Positions 45,289-54,503 of a stretch of 64,000 nt of DNA are shown here, in pieces. Origin of the DNA: Candidatus Flemingiibacterium sp. (GTDB lineage Bacteria; Bacillota; Clostridia; Oscillospirales; CAG-272); assembly GCA_045586505.1 (NCBI GenBank), contig JAZNAL010000053.1, positions 30,109 through 94,108 of the forward strand, written 5' to 3'. The stretch's first letter is position 1; each line of letters starts with the position of its first letter. Below the pieces are notes generated by a model. That model was not told the DNA's origin. It saw only the letters and a program-made list of their open reading frames with translations, and made no database searches. A program made the position numbers and the translations under genes.

Positions 45289-46785
45289 GTGCTTCCGATA
45301 GTGGCGATAGTGATGATTCTGAGCATTACTGTCGTACCTATTGCGCCCAGTGTGCTGACTCTGTTTATTTTCGGTGCTATCGCACTTATTTTGGGTATGA
45401 GTCTGTTTACTCTCGGCGCGGGCATGGCGATGCAGCCGCTGGGTGAGGGTATCGGTGTGGAGATGAGCCGTTCGAAGCGAAATGTGATCAAGCTTATTAT
45501 CTGCTTTGTGCTGGGAGTGCTTATCACTATCGCTGAGCCGGACCTCCAGGTGCTTGCGGAGCTGATGCCTGCAGTTGACAACATGGTGCTGATACTGTCT
45601 GTGGCTATAGGCGTCGGCTTATTTATGGTGTTGTCATTGCTTCGCACCAAATTTGGCTGGAAGTTAAGCTATATGCTGATGATCTTCTATGCCATTGTGC
45701 TGGTCGTCGCCTTATTTGCACCTGACAGCTTCGTTCCCACGGCATTTGACTCGGGCGGAGTGACCACAGGTCCTATAACTGTTCCGTTTGTCATGGCACT
45801 TGGTGCCGGTATGGCTTCAGTGAGTGGCAGTCATCACGGTGAGGAGAGCTTCGGTATGGTTGCGCTCTGCAGCGTAGGCCCTATTATGTCGGTAATGGTG
45901 CTGAGTCTGTTCCAGAACTCCTCGGCTGCGCAGGAATATGCGCACGAGGCGTTTGAGGCATCCTTTGCTACCACCAAGGACGCATTCGAGCACATTGCAC
46001 GCGAGCTTCCGCATTATGCCCTTGAGGTGATGGAAGCGTTCCTGCCCATTGTGGCGGTGTTCGTGCTGTTCCAGCTTATATTCAGAAGATTCCACGGTAA
46101 CGAGCTTCCAAAAGCGGTCATCGGCTTCGTCTATACTTACGTCGGACTTGTGCTGTTCCTCTGTGCGGCAAATGTAGGCTTCATGCCCGCAGGTCAGCTC
46201 ATCGGCGCAAAGCTTGCCGAGACCGAGTTTGCTTACATACTTATTCCTGTAGGAATGCTTATCGGTTGGTTTACCGTAACCGCCGAGCCTGCGGTACATG
46301 TACTTAAAAAGCAGGTCGAGGAGATCTCCAACGGTACCATCCGACAGAAGACCATCGGTATCGGTCTTTCTGTGGGTGTTGCGTGTTCGGTGGGTATTGC
46401 TATGCTGCGCGTGCTTACCGGTATTCCGCTGTATCCCTTCATGGTGGGCGGATATGTACTGTCACTTGCGATAAGCTTCTTTGTTCCGCCGCTTTATACG
46501 GGCGTGGCATTTGACTCGGGCGGAGTTGCCAGCGGTCCTATGACCACAACCTTTATTCTCCCCTTTGCAACGGGTGCCTGTGAGGCGCTGGGCGGAAACA
46601 TCCTCACCGACGCTTTCGGTATTGTGGCGATGGTTGCAATAACTCCGCTTATCACCATCCAGTGCATCGGTCTGTTTGCCGAGATCAAGCGCAAGGCAAA
46701 GCACAAGCAAGCTGTTGCGGCACTCGGAAACCTGGACGACTGCATTATCTACTTTGACGACGTACATGAGGAGGTGGCACAGTGA
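45289..46785 (+). CDS. DUF1538-family polytopic membrane protein (internally duplicated, putative transporter)
   Basis: Two homologous halves each carry TI/VAEPxxxVL and AFDSGGV(T/A)(T/S)GP(I/M)T motifs. The track start is GTG 45289 with no RBS. The frame is open from 45232 and the upstream peptide ..KIFKEKTNESVSAV looks like real N-terminal sequence, so the true start is probably upstream and non-canonical. Confidence 0.85.
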   Translation: MLPIVAIVMILSITVVPIAPSVLTLFIFGAIALILGMSLFTLGAGMAMQPLGEGIGVEMSRSKRNVIKLIICFVLGVLITIAEPDLQVLAELMPAVDNMVLILSVAIGVGLFMVLSLLRTKFGWKLSYMLMIFYAIVLVVALFAPDSFVPTAFDSGGVTTGPITVPFVMALGAGMASVSGSHHGEESFGMVALCSVGPIMSVMVLSLFQNSSAAQEYAHEAFEASFATTKDAFEHIARELPHYALEVMEAFLPIVAVFVLFQLIFRRFHGNELPKAVIGFVYTYVGLVLFLCAANVGFMPAGQLIGAKLAETEFAYILIPVGMLIGWFTVTAEPAVHVLKKQVEEISNGTIRQKTIGIGLSVGVACSVGIAMLRVLTGIPLYPFMVGGYVLSLAISFFVPPLYTGVAFDSGGVASGPMTTTFILPFATGACEALGGNILTDAFGIVAMVAITPLITIQCIGLFAEIKRKAKHKQAVAALGNLDDCIIYFDDVHEEVAQ

Positions 46786-47447
46786 GCGAACGTATGATGC
46801 TGCTTTTGACCATCACCCGCCGCGGTGAGGGCTCATATATCGTTGAGTCGCTTACCACACGCGGCGTACCGTGGCATTTCAGAGCCATTGGGCAGGGTAC
46901 CGCATCAAGCGAAATGATGGATATCCTCGGAATCGGCTCCCGTGACAAGGACATTGTTATAAGCCTTGCCACAAGACGTGCCGCAGAAGCGTTTACGGGA
47001 GAGCTTGAATCAAATCCCACTCTCGGACGCGGTCACGGAATAATCATGGTCATACCGCTAACAGCGATCAACAATCTTGCCGCAGTGCTTGCATCGCGCG
47101 CGGCAAGCAAGATCCCAACACAGGAGGCTGATAAAACGATGAAGAACGAATATAAGCACAGTCTGGTGCTCGTAGCTGTCAACCGCGGATGTGCGGACGA
47201 TGTTATGCAGGTCGCACGCAAGGCAGGCGCAACGGGCGGTACTGTAATCAAGGCTAACCTTGCCGACAATGAGTCGGGCGAGCTCCTGGGTATCACCCTG
47301 GAGGAGGAGCGCGATATCGTGGCTATCATGGTGCCCGATACCATCCGCGACACTCTGATGGAGGATGTCAACCGCGAGCTGGGTATACGCACCGATGCTC
47401 AGGCGATCCTTTGCGCTGTCGGCGTTGACAAGGCGATGAGGATATAA
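46782..47447 (+). CDS. Tandem (two-domain) P-II-like signal-transduction protein
   Basis: GTGA overlap with the upstream gene. 221 aa, about twice the size of a P-II domain. Both halves show the pattern beta-alpha-beta ... (I/V)(V/I)xxxxP: LLLTITRRGEG...GIIMVIPL and SLVLVAVNRGCAD...DIVAIMVPD. Confidence 0.75.
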   Translation: MSERMMLLLTITRRGEGSYIVESLTTRGVPWHFRAIGQGTASSEMMDILGIGSRDKDIVISLATRRAAEAFTGELESNPTLGRGHGIIMVIPLTAINNLAAVLASRAASKIPTQEADKTMKNEYKHSLVLVAVNRGCADDVMQVARKAGATGGTVIKANLADNESGELLGITLEEERDIVAIMVPDTIRDTLMEDVNRELGIRTDAQAILCAVGVDKAMRI

Positions 47448-47500
47448 TTACTCCGGTATAGAAAAATCGCTTAGGTTTTATTGATATTGTTAATTCAGTG

Positions 47501-47547
47501 AAAAAACTGCGCATAGACGAGGAATGTTCGTCCATGCGCAGTTTTTT
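47501..47547. terminator. Bidirectional rho-independent terminator
   Basis: AAAAAACTGCGCATAGACGA-GGAATGT-TCGTCCATGCGCAGTTTTTT between convergent genes. Confidence 0.75.
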
Positions 47548-47554
47548 ATTGACC

Positions 47555-48073
47555 TTAAAGATTCGTGATCTTCCTGATGGTGGAACTGCCCTTTTCAAGG
47601 GATACAATACCCGTGCGGCAGATCTCGAGGATGGTGTAGTCTCGCATAAGATTGACGAAATCGTCGATTTTGCGGCTGTTTCCGGTAAGCTCGAAAACCA
47701 TGGCGTCGCGGGAATATTCTACGGTTCTGGCATCGAATGCGGATGCGGCGGTGAGGATGTCATCGCGGGTCGCGGCGTTGTTTTCCATTTTGATGAGCAT
47801 CAGCTCCGAGCTTAGCGAGTTGTCATCCGACAGCTCCCGTATGTAGCACACGTCGGGGAGCTTGTAAAGCTGATTTATGAGCTGTTCCTTGTTTAATTCG
47901 TCGCCGTCGAAGCGGACGGTTATACGGGAATACTCCGCAGATTCGGTCTCGCTTACGGTGAGGGCGCTGATGTTGAAGCGTCTGCGGCGGAACATACTGG
48001 TAACGCGGTTAAGTACACCGAATTTGTTGCATACCAGCACCGCAACGGTATATGTCATAGTTTCGTTTTCCAT
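47555..48073 (-). CDS. ilvN: Acetolactate synthase small (regulatory) subunit
   Basis: ACT domain YTVAVLVCNKFGVLNRVTSMFRRRRFNISALTVSETE. ATG 48073 lies 5 nt after AGGTGA (track GTG start at 48082). Confidence 0.9.
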   Translation of the reverse strand: MENETMTYTVAVLVCNKFGVLNRVTSMFRRRRFNISALTVSETESAEYSRITVRFDGDELNKEQLINQLYKLPDVCYIRELSDDNSLSSELMLIKMENNAATRDDILTAASAFDARTVEYSRDAMVFELTGNSRKIDDFVNLMRDYTILEICRTGIVSLEKGSSTIRKITNL

Positions 48074-48083
48074 ATTTTTCACC

Positions 48084-49742
48084 TCATTTTACGATAATAT
48101 CGTCTTCCGTGCCCTCCGGCGGGCGCATGGGGAATACAAGCTCATCCTTCGATACCTTGCAGTCGATGACATAAGGTCCCTTACATTCATCCGCCCTTGC
48201 AAGCGCCGCTTCAAGCTCGGGGAGCGTGCATACAGCCTCTCCCGTGGCTCCGAAGCCTTTTGCTACGGCCACAAAGTCCGTTTTTCTGTCAAGCTCGGTG
48301 CAGGAATAGCGGCCTTCGAAGAATAAGGTCTGCCACTGATGTACCATACCAAGCACACCGTTGTTCATGATAAGCACGGTGACGGGGATATTGTATGTCA
48401 CCGCAGTCGCAAGCTCGCCTATACTCATTCCGAAGCTTCCGTCACCGGTTATGAGTATGGAACGCTCGCCTGTGCCGACGTAAGCTCCCATTGCCGCGCC
48501 GAAACCGAAGCCCATGGTGCCAAGTCCGCCGCTGGTGACAAATCGCCGCACGGTTTGCTGCTTCAAATACTGCGCCGTCCACATCTGATGCTGTCCCACG
48601 TCCGTAACGACGGCGGTGTTTTTGCCTACGTGGCCCTGAACAGTGGAAATTATATTTTTCGGCGTCATACCGGGACGGTTATCGGTGAATTTTTCGGCTT
48701 CTGACTTGATCTCGGATATCAGCTCTTGCCATTTCGGATGGCGCTTCTTTTTTATAAGCGGTAGCAGCTTCGTAAGAGTGCATTTAAGGTCTGCCCGAAG
48801 TCCGTGAGTATCGTTTAGTGCCTTTGACAGCTCCGAGCCGTCAATGTCGATGTGTACGATCTTCGCATCCTTTGCAAATCTGTGCCTGTCGCCTGTTACG
48901 CGGTCGTTGAAGCGTACACCCAGCGCGATGATGAGGTCTGCATTCTGCATGGCTTTGGATGCGGCGTAGTGACCGTGCATACCCTGCATTCCGAGGAATC
49001 GCGGATGATCGGTGGGGATCGCGGAAAGTCCCATGAGCGAGCATCCAAACGGTGCGTCAATAAGCTCCGCCAGCTTCAGCATCTCGTCCTGTGCCTCGCC
49101 CCGCACCACACCTCCGCCGAAGTATATGTAGGGGCGGCGGGAATTGTTGATGCACTTCGCCGCAGCGGTAATACGCACATCCTTTGCGGCAAATGGCTCG
49201 TCCGCCGTGACGGCATCACGTGGCTCATATTCGCAAAGAGCGGTCTGCACGTCCTTGGGTACATCAATAAGCACCGGTCCGGGACGTCCCGAAATAGCGA
49301 CCCTGAACGCCTCCCGCAGAGTATCTGCCAGCTCCGCAATATTATCAACAAAATAATTGTGCTTGGTTATGGGAAGCGTAACTCCCGTGATGTCTAACTC
49401 CTGGAAGCTGTCGTAGCCGATCTGATAGGTCGCCACATTTCCCGTGATGGCGATAAGCGGCACGGAATCAAGATGGGCGGTAGCGATACCGGTTACGAGG
49501 TTAGTGGCACCGGGGCCGGAGGTGGCGATGACAACGCCGGGCTTGCCGGTAACTCTTGCGTATCCGTCCGCCGCGTGAGCGGCGCCCTGCTCGTGGGAGG
49601 TGAGTATGTGGGTTATTTCGTCCCTATACCTGTAAAGTGAGTCATATACATTAACTATCTGACCGCCGGGATAACCGAATACGGTACGGCATCCCTGTTC
49701 GATCAAGACTTTGATGATTATATCCGCTCCCGAAAGAAGCAT
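48084..49742 (-). CDS. ilvB: Acetolactate synthase large subunit (ThDP-dependent)
   Basis: ATG 49742 follows AAGGAGG and begins MLLSGADIIIKVLIEQG.. (track extends to 49802). Contains GYPGGQIVNVYD and the ThDP motif GDGSFGMSIGELATAVTYNIPVTVLIMNNGVLGMV. Confidence 0.95.
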   Translation of the reverse strand: MLLSGADIIIKVLIEQGCRTVFGYPGGQIVNVYDSLYRYRDEITHILTSHEQGAAHAADGYARVTGKPGVVIATSGPGATNLVTGIATAHLDSVPLIAITGNVATYQIGYDSFQELDITGVTLPITKHNYFVDNIAELADTLREAFRVAISGRPGPVLIDVPKDVQTALCEYEPRDAVTADEPFAAKDVRITAAAKCINNSRRPYIYFGGGVVRGEAQDEMLKLAELIDAPFGCSLMGLSAIPTDHPRFLGMQGMHGHYAASKAMQNADLIIALGVRFNDRVTGDRHRFAKDAKIVHIDIDGSELSKALNDTHGLRADLKCTLTKLLPLIKKKRHPKWQELISEIKSEAEKFTDNRPGMTPKNIISTVQGHVGKNTAVVTDVGQHQMWTAQYLKQQTVRRFVTSGGLGTMGFGFGAAMGAYVGTGERSILITGDGSFGMSIGELATAVTYNIPVTVLIMNNGVLGMVHQWQTLFFEGRYSCTELDRKTDFVAVAKGFGATGEAVCTLPELEAALARADECKGPYVIDCKVSKDELVFPMRPPEGTEDDIIVK

Positions 49743-49905
49743 CCGTGAAGGCCTCCTTTTTAAGATTTTTTGTAATAAGTGCTCTGCACTCCGTGCATCC
49801 AAACTTAATTATGCTATCTCGCATATATAGGCGGTGCGGCAGCCTGCATAAAGATACGCCGAGCGTTTTCTAAAGCATTAGCGGCCTTTTTGTCGAAGCC
49901 TGCTT

Positions 49906-51579
49906 TTATGCTTTCTCCCGCATCATATTTGTAAATGCTGCAAGCAGTGCATTGGTGCTGGCTCTGATAATATCCGTATCCGTACCGACTCCCCAGAACA
50001 TTCTGCCGTCCTCACGTTCAAGACCGATATATGATGCCGCCACGCTCTGAGAGCCCTGACCCTGCAGACTGTGCTGTGTGAACACCTCGAGGGTGTAATT
50101 CTCGCCGGTATATGCCTTCAGCGCGTTGTTTATGGCGCTGAGCGAACCGTTGCCCTCGGCTTCAAGCTCGGTTTCCACCCCGTCACGGCTGAAGGTGATG
50201 TTGATCTTAACCTTATCGTTTTCACGCATGAAGTCGTAATCCGTTACGCTGATGGGGGAATTGTTGTTAAGATAGGTCTCGGTGAAGATGTTAAATATCT
50301 CATCCACCTTAAGCTCCCTGTGCTCGTGGTCGGAGATACTCTTACAGAGATCGGCGAGATGCCCGCGCATCTCAGGCGGAAGAATGTAACCGTAATTCTG
50401 CTCCAAAATATAACCGATTCCGCCCTTGCCGCTCTGTGAGTTGACGCGGATGACATCCGCCTCGTAGGTGCGTCCGATGTCCTTGGGGTCGATGGGAATG
50501 TAAGGTACATTCCAGGTGGGGAGCTTCTTCTTTTGTCTGTATTTCATGCCCTTGGCGATGGCATCCTGATGGCCGCCCGAGAAGGCGGCGAATCCCCCCG
50601 CCCCCGCATCCGGTGCACGCTCGTAAACGTGCATACGGGTGCATTTTTCGTATTTCTCCACAAGATAAGGTATATTTGAGAGATCAAGCCGCGGATCGAC
50701 GCCGTGGGAATACATATTCATAGCAAGGGTAATGATGTCCACATTGCCCGTGCGCTCACCGTTACCGAAAAGCGTGCCCTCCACACGTTCCGCTCCTGCA
50801 AGCAATGCAAGCTCGGTATCCGCAACGCCTGTACCGCGGTCATTGTGGGGATGAAGCGACAGGGTGACGTGCTCGCGGTACTTCAAATTCTCGCTTATGT
50901 ACTCAACCTGGCTTGCGTAGACGTGCGGCAGGCTCATTTCCACCGTAACGGGGAGGTTTATTATGACATTATTGGTCTCCGACGGCTCAAGAATATCCAG
51001 CACCGCATTGCACACCTCAAGCGCGTATTCCGGTTCGGTGCCGGTGAAGCTCTCGGGAGAATATTCGAAGCGGAAGTTACCTTCATATTCGCCGGCAAGC
51101 TTTTTCACCAGCTTCGCACCGTCCACGGCAATCTGCTTGATCTCTTCCTTGGATTTTTTGAATACCTGTTTGCGCTGTGCCGCGCTGACGGAGTTATAGA
51201 AGTGGATGATAGCGCCGGGGGCACCCTTGCAGGCCTCGAAGGTCTTTCTTATGATGTGCTCGCGGCACTGGGTCAGCACCTGAACGGTCACGTCATCGGG
51301 GATCATGTTATTGTCAATAAGGGTTCGCAGAAACTCGTACTCGGTCTCGCTTGCGGCGGGAAAGCCCACCTCGATCTCCTTAAAGCCGACCTCAAGGAGG
51401 ACCTTGTAGTATTCTAACTTTTCTTCAAGGCTCATGGGGATGACAAGGCTCTGGTTTCCGTCGCGCATATCCACCGAGCACCAAACGGGTGCTTTTTCGA
51501 TATGATCCTTGGCTACCCATTTATTATACTCTCCGGAGACGGGGAAGTACCCCACCCGGTATTTGTTTGAATCCATCAT
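49906..51579 (-). CDS. leuA: 2-isopropylmalate synthase (long form)
   Basis: Contains VWCSVDMRDGNQ and HPHNDRGTGVA, plus a C-terminal LeuA dimerisation/regulatory domain. Confidence 0.95.
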   Translation of the reverse strand: MMDSNKYRVGYFPVSGEYNKWVAKDHIEKAPVWCSVDMRDGNQSLVIPMSLEEKLEYYKVLLEVGFKEIEVGFPAASETEYEFLRTLIDNNMIPDDVTVQVLTQCREHIIRKTFEACKGAPGAIIHFYNSVSAAQRKQVFKKSKEEIKQIAVDGAKLVKKLAGEYEGNFRFEYSPESFTGTEPEYALEVCNAVLDILEPSETNNVIINLPVTVEMSLPHVYASQVEYISENLKYREHVTLSLHPHNDRGTGVADTELALLAGAERVEGTLFGNGERTGNVDIITLAMNMYSHGVDPRLDLSNIPYLVEKYEKCTRMHVYERAPDAGAGGFAAFSGGHQDAIAKGMKYRQKKKLPTWNVPYIPIDPKDIGRTYEADVIRVNSQSGKGGIGYILEQNYGYILPPEMRGHLADLCKSISDHEHRELKVDEIFNIFTETYLNNNSPISVTDYDFMRENDKVKINITFSRDGVETELEAEGNGSLSAINNALKAYTGENYTLEVFTQHSLQGQGSQSVAASYIGLEREDGRMFWGVGTDTDIIRASTNALLAAFTNMMREKA

Positions 51580-51661
51580 TTTGGCCTCTCCTTATATTAT
51601 ATCATATTTCTGCGATAACTTCAACCTCTTCGGGCGCATTTTTTATTTTACTCTGAGGCGG

Positions 51662-51955
51662 AAAACAAAAAACCGTCCCAAAGCTTTTGCTTTGAGACGG
51701 GTGTAAGATTATTACACTCGCGGTACCACTCAAATTGCAGATGCAAGACCTGCCGCCTCTTCGGAATCAAACAATTCCTATGCCTTTACGCAGCAATCAC
51801 GAGATCCCCTAATACTTTCAGGTGGGAAAGGTTCAGGTCACCAGCTCGGAAGTGAGAGGTCAAAGACAGCTTCATGCCGATTCACACCACCCATCGGCTC
51901 TCTGAAATGAAACACTCAAGACCGTCTTCGTCACAGCCTTTTATGTAATTTTCAT
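51662..51955 (-). promoter_or_regulatory. T-box riboswitch leader, probable Leu specifier CUC, with intrinsic terminator
   Basis: The minus strand has an AGAGAG bulge and a distal GGTGGTG loop. The specifier region TTGACCT-CTC-A-CTTCCGAGC puts the codon at 51854-51856. The T-box sequence is AATTTGAGTGGTACCGCGAG (51719-51737). The terminator is CCCGTCTCAAAGC-AAAA-GCTTTGGGACGG plus T6 (51662-51701). Confidence 0.8.
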
Positions 51956-51961
51956 GCGAGT

Positions 51962-51990
51962 ATTATAATACATAAAAGTACATTTGTCAA
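51962..51990 (-). promoter_or_regulatory. Consensus sigma-A promoter for the T-box/leuA-ilvBN transcript
   Basis: The minus strand reads TTGACA, then 17 nt, then TATAAT. Confidence 0.65.
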
Positions 51991-52158
51991 GTATAAGAAT
52001 GAAAAATTTTAATAATTTTTACAATTTCGCGAAATTTGTATATCAAGCCGACATGATGATCGCCTGTGTTGGGCAGCTCGGTGCTTAACCGAGTGTGTGC
52101 CGCTATTCTTCAAAGATCAAAGGATGAATCTTGTCGGGCATCATTTCATCGTATGCAC

Positions 52159-53289
52159 TTACTGTGCGCTATCCTTATCCTCTGCCAGACCCTTGACAAA
52201 TTCGCAGATGTCACGAGTGGAGTTGGGCTTTGCGATCATGGAAATAGCATCGCGCATGACCTTGGTGCGATGCGGATTTGCAAGCATCTGATAAACTACC
52301 TCGTCAAGCGGGCTTGTGCTTGATACTGCCATTGCTACGCCGTTGTTGGTGAGAAATTCGGTATTTCTGTCCTCCTGACCCGGAATAGGGTCCACTATGA
52401 TCATGGGGAGCCCCTTTGCCATAGCCTCGGAGGTGGTAAGTCCGCCGGGCTTTGAGATGATGCAGTCGGAGGCATCCATCAGCTTTTCCACGTAGTTGAC
52501 GTAGCCGAGATTCAGAATGCGTTTGTTGGTTTTCATGCCGTCAATGCGTGCTTTTGCTTCACTGTTGTTGCCGCAGACGGTAATTATCTGAAAATCGAAG
52601 GGGAGATTATCCAGCGCGTTTACGGTATCCTCGATGTTACCGTAGCCCATGCTTCCGCTCATAAGGAGCACCGTGCGCTTGTTTATGTCAAGCCCCAACT
52701 CAGCGCGTGCCTGCTCCTTTGAGATGCCCTCGCCGAATTTGGGGTGTATCGGTATACCGAAGGGAAGTACCTGGGATTCGGTGAAGCCCTTTTTCTTAGC
52801 CTGAACGAGAAGCTGTTCATTGGGGGTCACCACATAATCAAGGTTGATGCCCTCCTCCCAATACGGATGGAACATAAAGTCGGTAAGAATACCCACTGTC
52901 TTGGCGCGGAGCTGATCCTTTTCCTTTAATACGTCAAGAATGATTCCTGCGAAGATATGGGTGCAGATAATTACATCGGGGTCGTAGGTGTTTATGTATT
53001 TGATGAGCTTTTTGCTCATAAGATTACCTGTTGCGCGGGTGGGAGAGATCTCGGAGCGGGACTTTTTGCGCTTTTCCGCCAGACGGTACGCGCCCTTGTA
53101 GGCAAGCTTTGCGTTGGTGGCGGCGAGCAGATATCCGCGGGATACGGTCTCACCGAGTATATGGTGCAGATATTCAAGGGTGTCAAGCATCTCGGCCTGA
53201 CAACCGATGGATTCCAGGTATGCGCAGAGCGCCTTGGCGGTGGAGTTATGTCCCTGTCCCGCCGTTACGGATAAAACAAGTACCTTCAT
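52159..53289 (-). CDS. MGDG-synthase/UgtP-type (GT28) diacylglycerol glycosyltransferase
   Basis: N-terminus MKVLVLSVTAGQGHNSTAKAL. C-terminal ISKPGGLTTSEAMAKGLPMIIVDPIPGQE. Confidence 0.85.
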   Translation of the reverse strand: MKVLVLSVTAGQGHNSTAKALCAYLESIGCQAEMLDTLEYLHHILGETVSRGYLLAATNAKLAYKGAYRLAEKRKKSRSEISPTRATGNLMSKKLIKYINTYDPDVIICTHIFAGIILDVLKEKDQLRAKTVGILTDFMFHPYWEEGINLDYVVTPNEQLLVQAKKKGFTESQVLPFGIPIHPKFGEGISKEQARAELGLDINKRTVLLMSGSMGYGNIEDTVNALDNLPFDFQIITVCGNNSEAKARIDGMKTNKRILNLGYVNYVEKLMDASDCIISKPGGLTTSEAMAKGLPMIIVDPIPGQEDRNTEFLTNNGVAMAVSSTSPLDEVVYQMLANPHRTKVMRDAISMIAKPNSTRDICEFVKGLAEDKDSAQ

Positions 53290-54197
53290 TCCTTTTTCTC
53301 CTTGGGTTTGTGGGATGTTGTATCGATCATCTCTGAAAGATGGGTAAATTCGTTAATACTAAAACGTCCGAGTAAGTACAGGCTTTCTTGATCACCGTAC
53401 CGCACGGTGTTGATATGGGCGTCCGTGGTCAGCGTGACGCGCACGCCCGATGAACGCAGTACAGCTTCCGCTGTGGTATCCCATTTCCCGTGAGGATAGG
53501 CGAATACCGTGGGAGTGTACCCGAGATGCATTTCCATAAGCGCGCACATTGCGGCGTGGTCGGCGGCAAACACCGATCCAAATACCGCCTCTGACTCTGA
53601 AGCAAGCCTTGCCGCATATTCGCGGATGATCCCCGATTCATAGGGTGCGTACATATGCATATCATAGCTGTGACTGCCGAAGGTGATAAGTCCCCCCGCT
53701 GCGGCAATTTGTGCCTGCATCCATGAAAAATGGGGGACGATACTATTTCCCGTGTCCTTGTAGGTATCGCATCCCACAAGTGATCCGATAATGCAGATAG
53801 TGGCGGGGATGTTATACTTTTCGAGTATAGGCAGTGCCAGCGTGAGATTTGATTCATAGCCGTCGTCAAATACTATGCAGACCGGCTTTTCGGGAAGCGA
53901 ACCTCTGCCGTCGGCATAAGCGATTATCTCATCAAAGGACACAGCGGTGTAGCCCTTCTCAATAAGCTGCATGAGCTGGGTTTCGAAGGTCTCCGGTGTT
54001 ACAGTGACACTTCCGTCGCCGGTATCGGAAAGATGATGGTACATCAGTATCGGGAGGGAAACGGTTTCCTTTATACTGCTGTGCCTGCAGGCGGATGAGG
54101 GTGCGGCTATAACAAAAATAAGTATGACAAAACAGCAAAGCCGCAGTATGAGCCTGCTACTATAATATATTTTACAACATTTCAAAATAAAAATCAA
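53286..54197 (-). CDS. Polysaccharide deacetylase (NodB homology) with an N-terminal membrane anchor
   Basis: Contains LPILMYHH, CIVFDDGYESN and FGSHSYDMH. ATGA overlap with the downstream GT gene. The start (TTG 54197) is uncertain. Confidence 0.8.
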   Translation of the reverse strand: MIFILKCCKIYYSSRLILRLCCFVILIFVIAAPSSACRHSSIKETVSLPILMYHHLSDTGDGSVTVTPETFETQLMQLIEKGYTAVSFDEIIAYADGRGSLPEKPVCIVFDDGYESNLTLALPILEKYNIPATICIIGSLVGCDTYKDTGNSIVPHFSWMQAQIAAAGGLITFGSHSYDMHMYAPYESGIIREYAARLASESEAVFGSVFAADHAAMCALMEMHLGYTPTVFAYPHGKWDTTAEAVLRSSGVRVTLTTDAHINTVRYGDQESLYLLGRFSINEFTHLSEMIDTTSHKPKEKKE

Positions 54198-54201
54198 TAC
54201 C

Positions 54202-54230
54202 TTGACAAAATCTTTTTATTGTGGTATACT
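54202..54230 (+). promoter_or_regulatory. Promoter for tRNA-Leu(TAG)
   Basis: TTGACA, then 17 nt, then TGgTATACT. It lies about 28 nt upstream of the tRNA. Confidence 0.6.
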
Positions 54231-54257
54231 ATTCTACAGTCGTGATTTTTAAAATAT

Positions 54258-54341
54258 GCGGATATGGCGGAATTGGCAGACGCGCCAGACTTAGGATCTG
54301 GTGTCTCCGACGTGCAGGTTCAAGTCCTGTTATCCGCACCA
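54258..54341 (+). tRNA. tRNA-Leu (anticodon TAG), class II, encoded CCA
   Basis: Acceptor GCGGATA/TATCCGC. Anticodon stem-loop CCAGA-CTTAGGA-TCTGG. T-arm GCAGGTTCAAGTCCTGT. Confidence 0.9.
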
Positions 54342-54349
54342 ACAAAAAT

Positions 54350-54378
54350 CCGCGAGGGCAAAGCCCTTGCGGTTTTTT
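54350..54378 (+). terminator. Rho-independent terminator after tRNA-Leu
   Basis: CCGCGAGGGC-AAA-GCCCTTGCGG followed by T6. Confidence 0.75.
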
Positions 54379-54401
54379 GTTCATGATGATGACAGATCGC
54401 G
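54367..54401 (+). repeat. Outer direct repeat, left copy (35 nt, 31/35 identical to 59219-59253)
   Basis: TTGCGGttttTTGTTCATGAtGATGACAGATCGCG versus TTGCGGaataTTGTTCATGAaGATGACAGATCGCG. Confidence 0.8.
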
Positions 54402-54417
54402 AAAATGCACAGCAAGA

Positions 54418-54483
54418 ACGCAAAGCGTTCTTGTCCCTGCTATGAGAGCGGAGCGAGCATTGCGGGTGCAGGTATCAAGTCCT
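54418..54483 (+). repeat. Inner direct repeat, left copy (66 nt, 65/66 identical to 59149-59214)
   Basis: ACGCAAAGCGTTCTTGTCCCTGCTATGAGA(G/T)CGGAGCGAGCATTGCGGGTGCAGGTATCAAGTCCT. Confidence 0.9.
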
Positions 54484-54496
54484 GTTATCCGCACCA
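54466..54496 (+). other. Displaced copy of the tRNA-Leu(TAG) 3' end (T-arm plus acceptor plus CCA), att-like
   Basis: GTGCAGGTaTCAAGTCCTGTTATCCGCACCA versus the tRNA at 54311-54341, GTGCAGGT-TCAAGTCCTGTTATCCGCACCA. Identical apart from a 1-nt insertion. Confidence 0.8.
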
Positions 54497-54503
54497 AAGC
54501 AAT

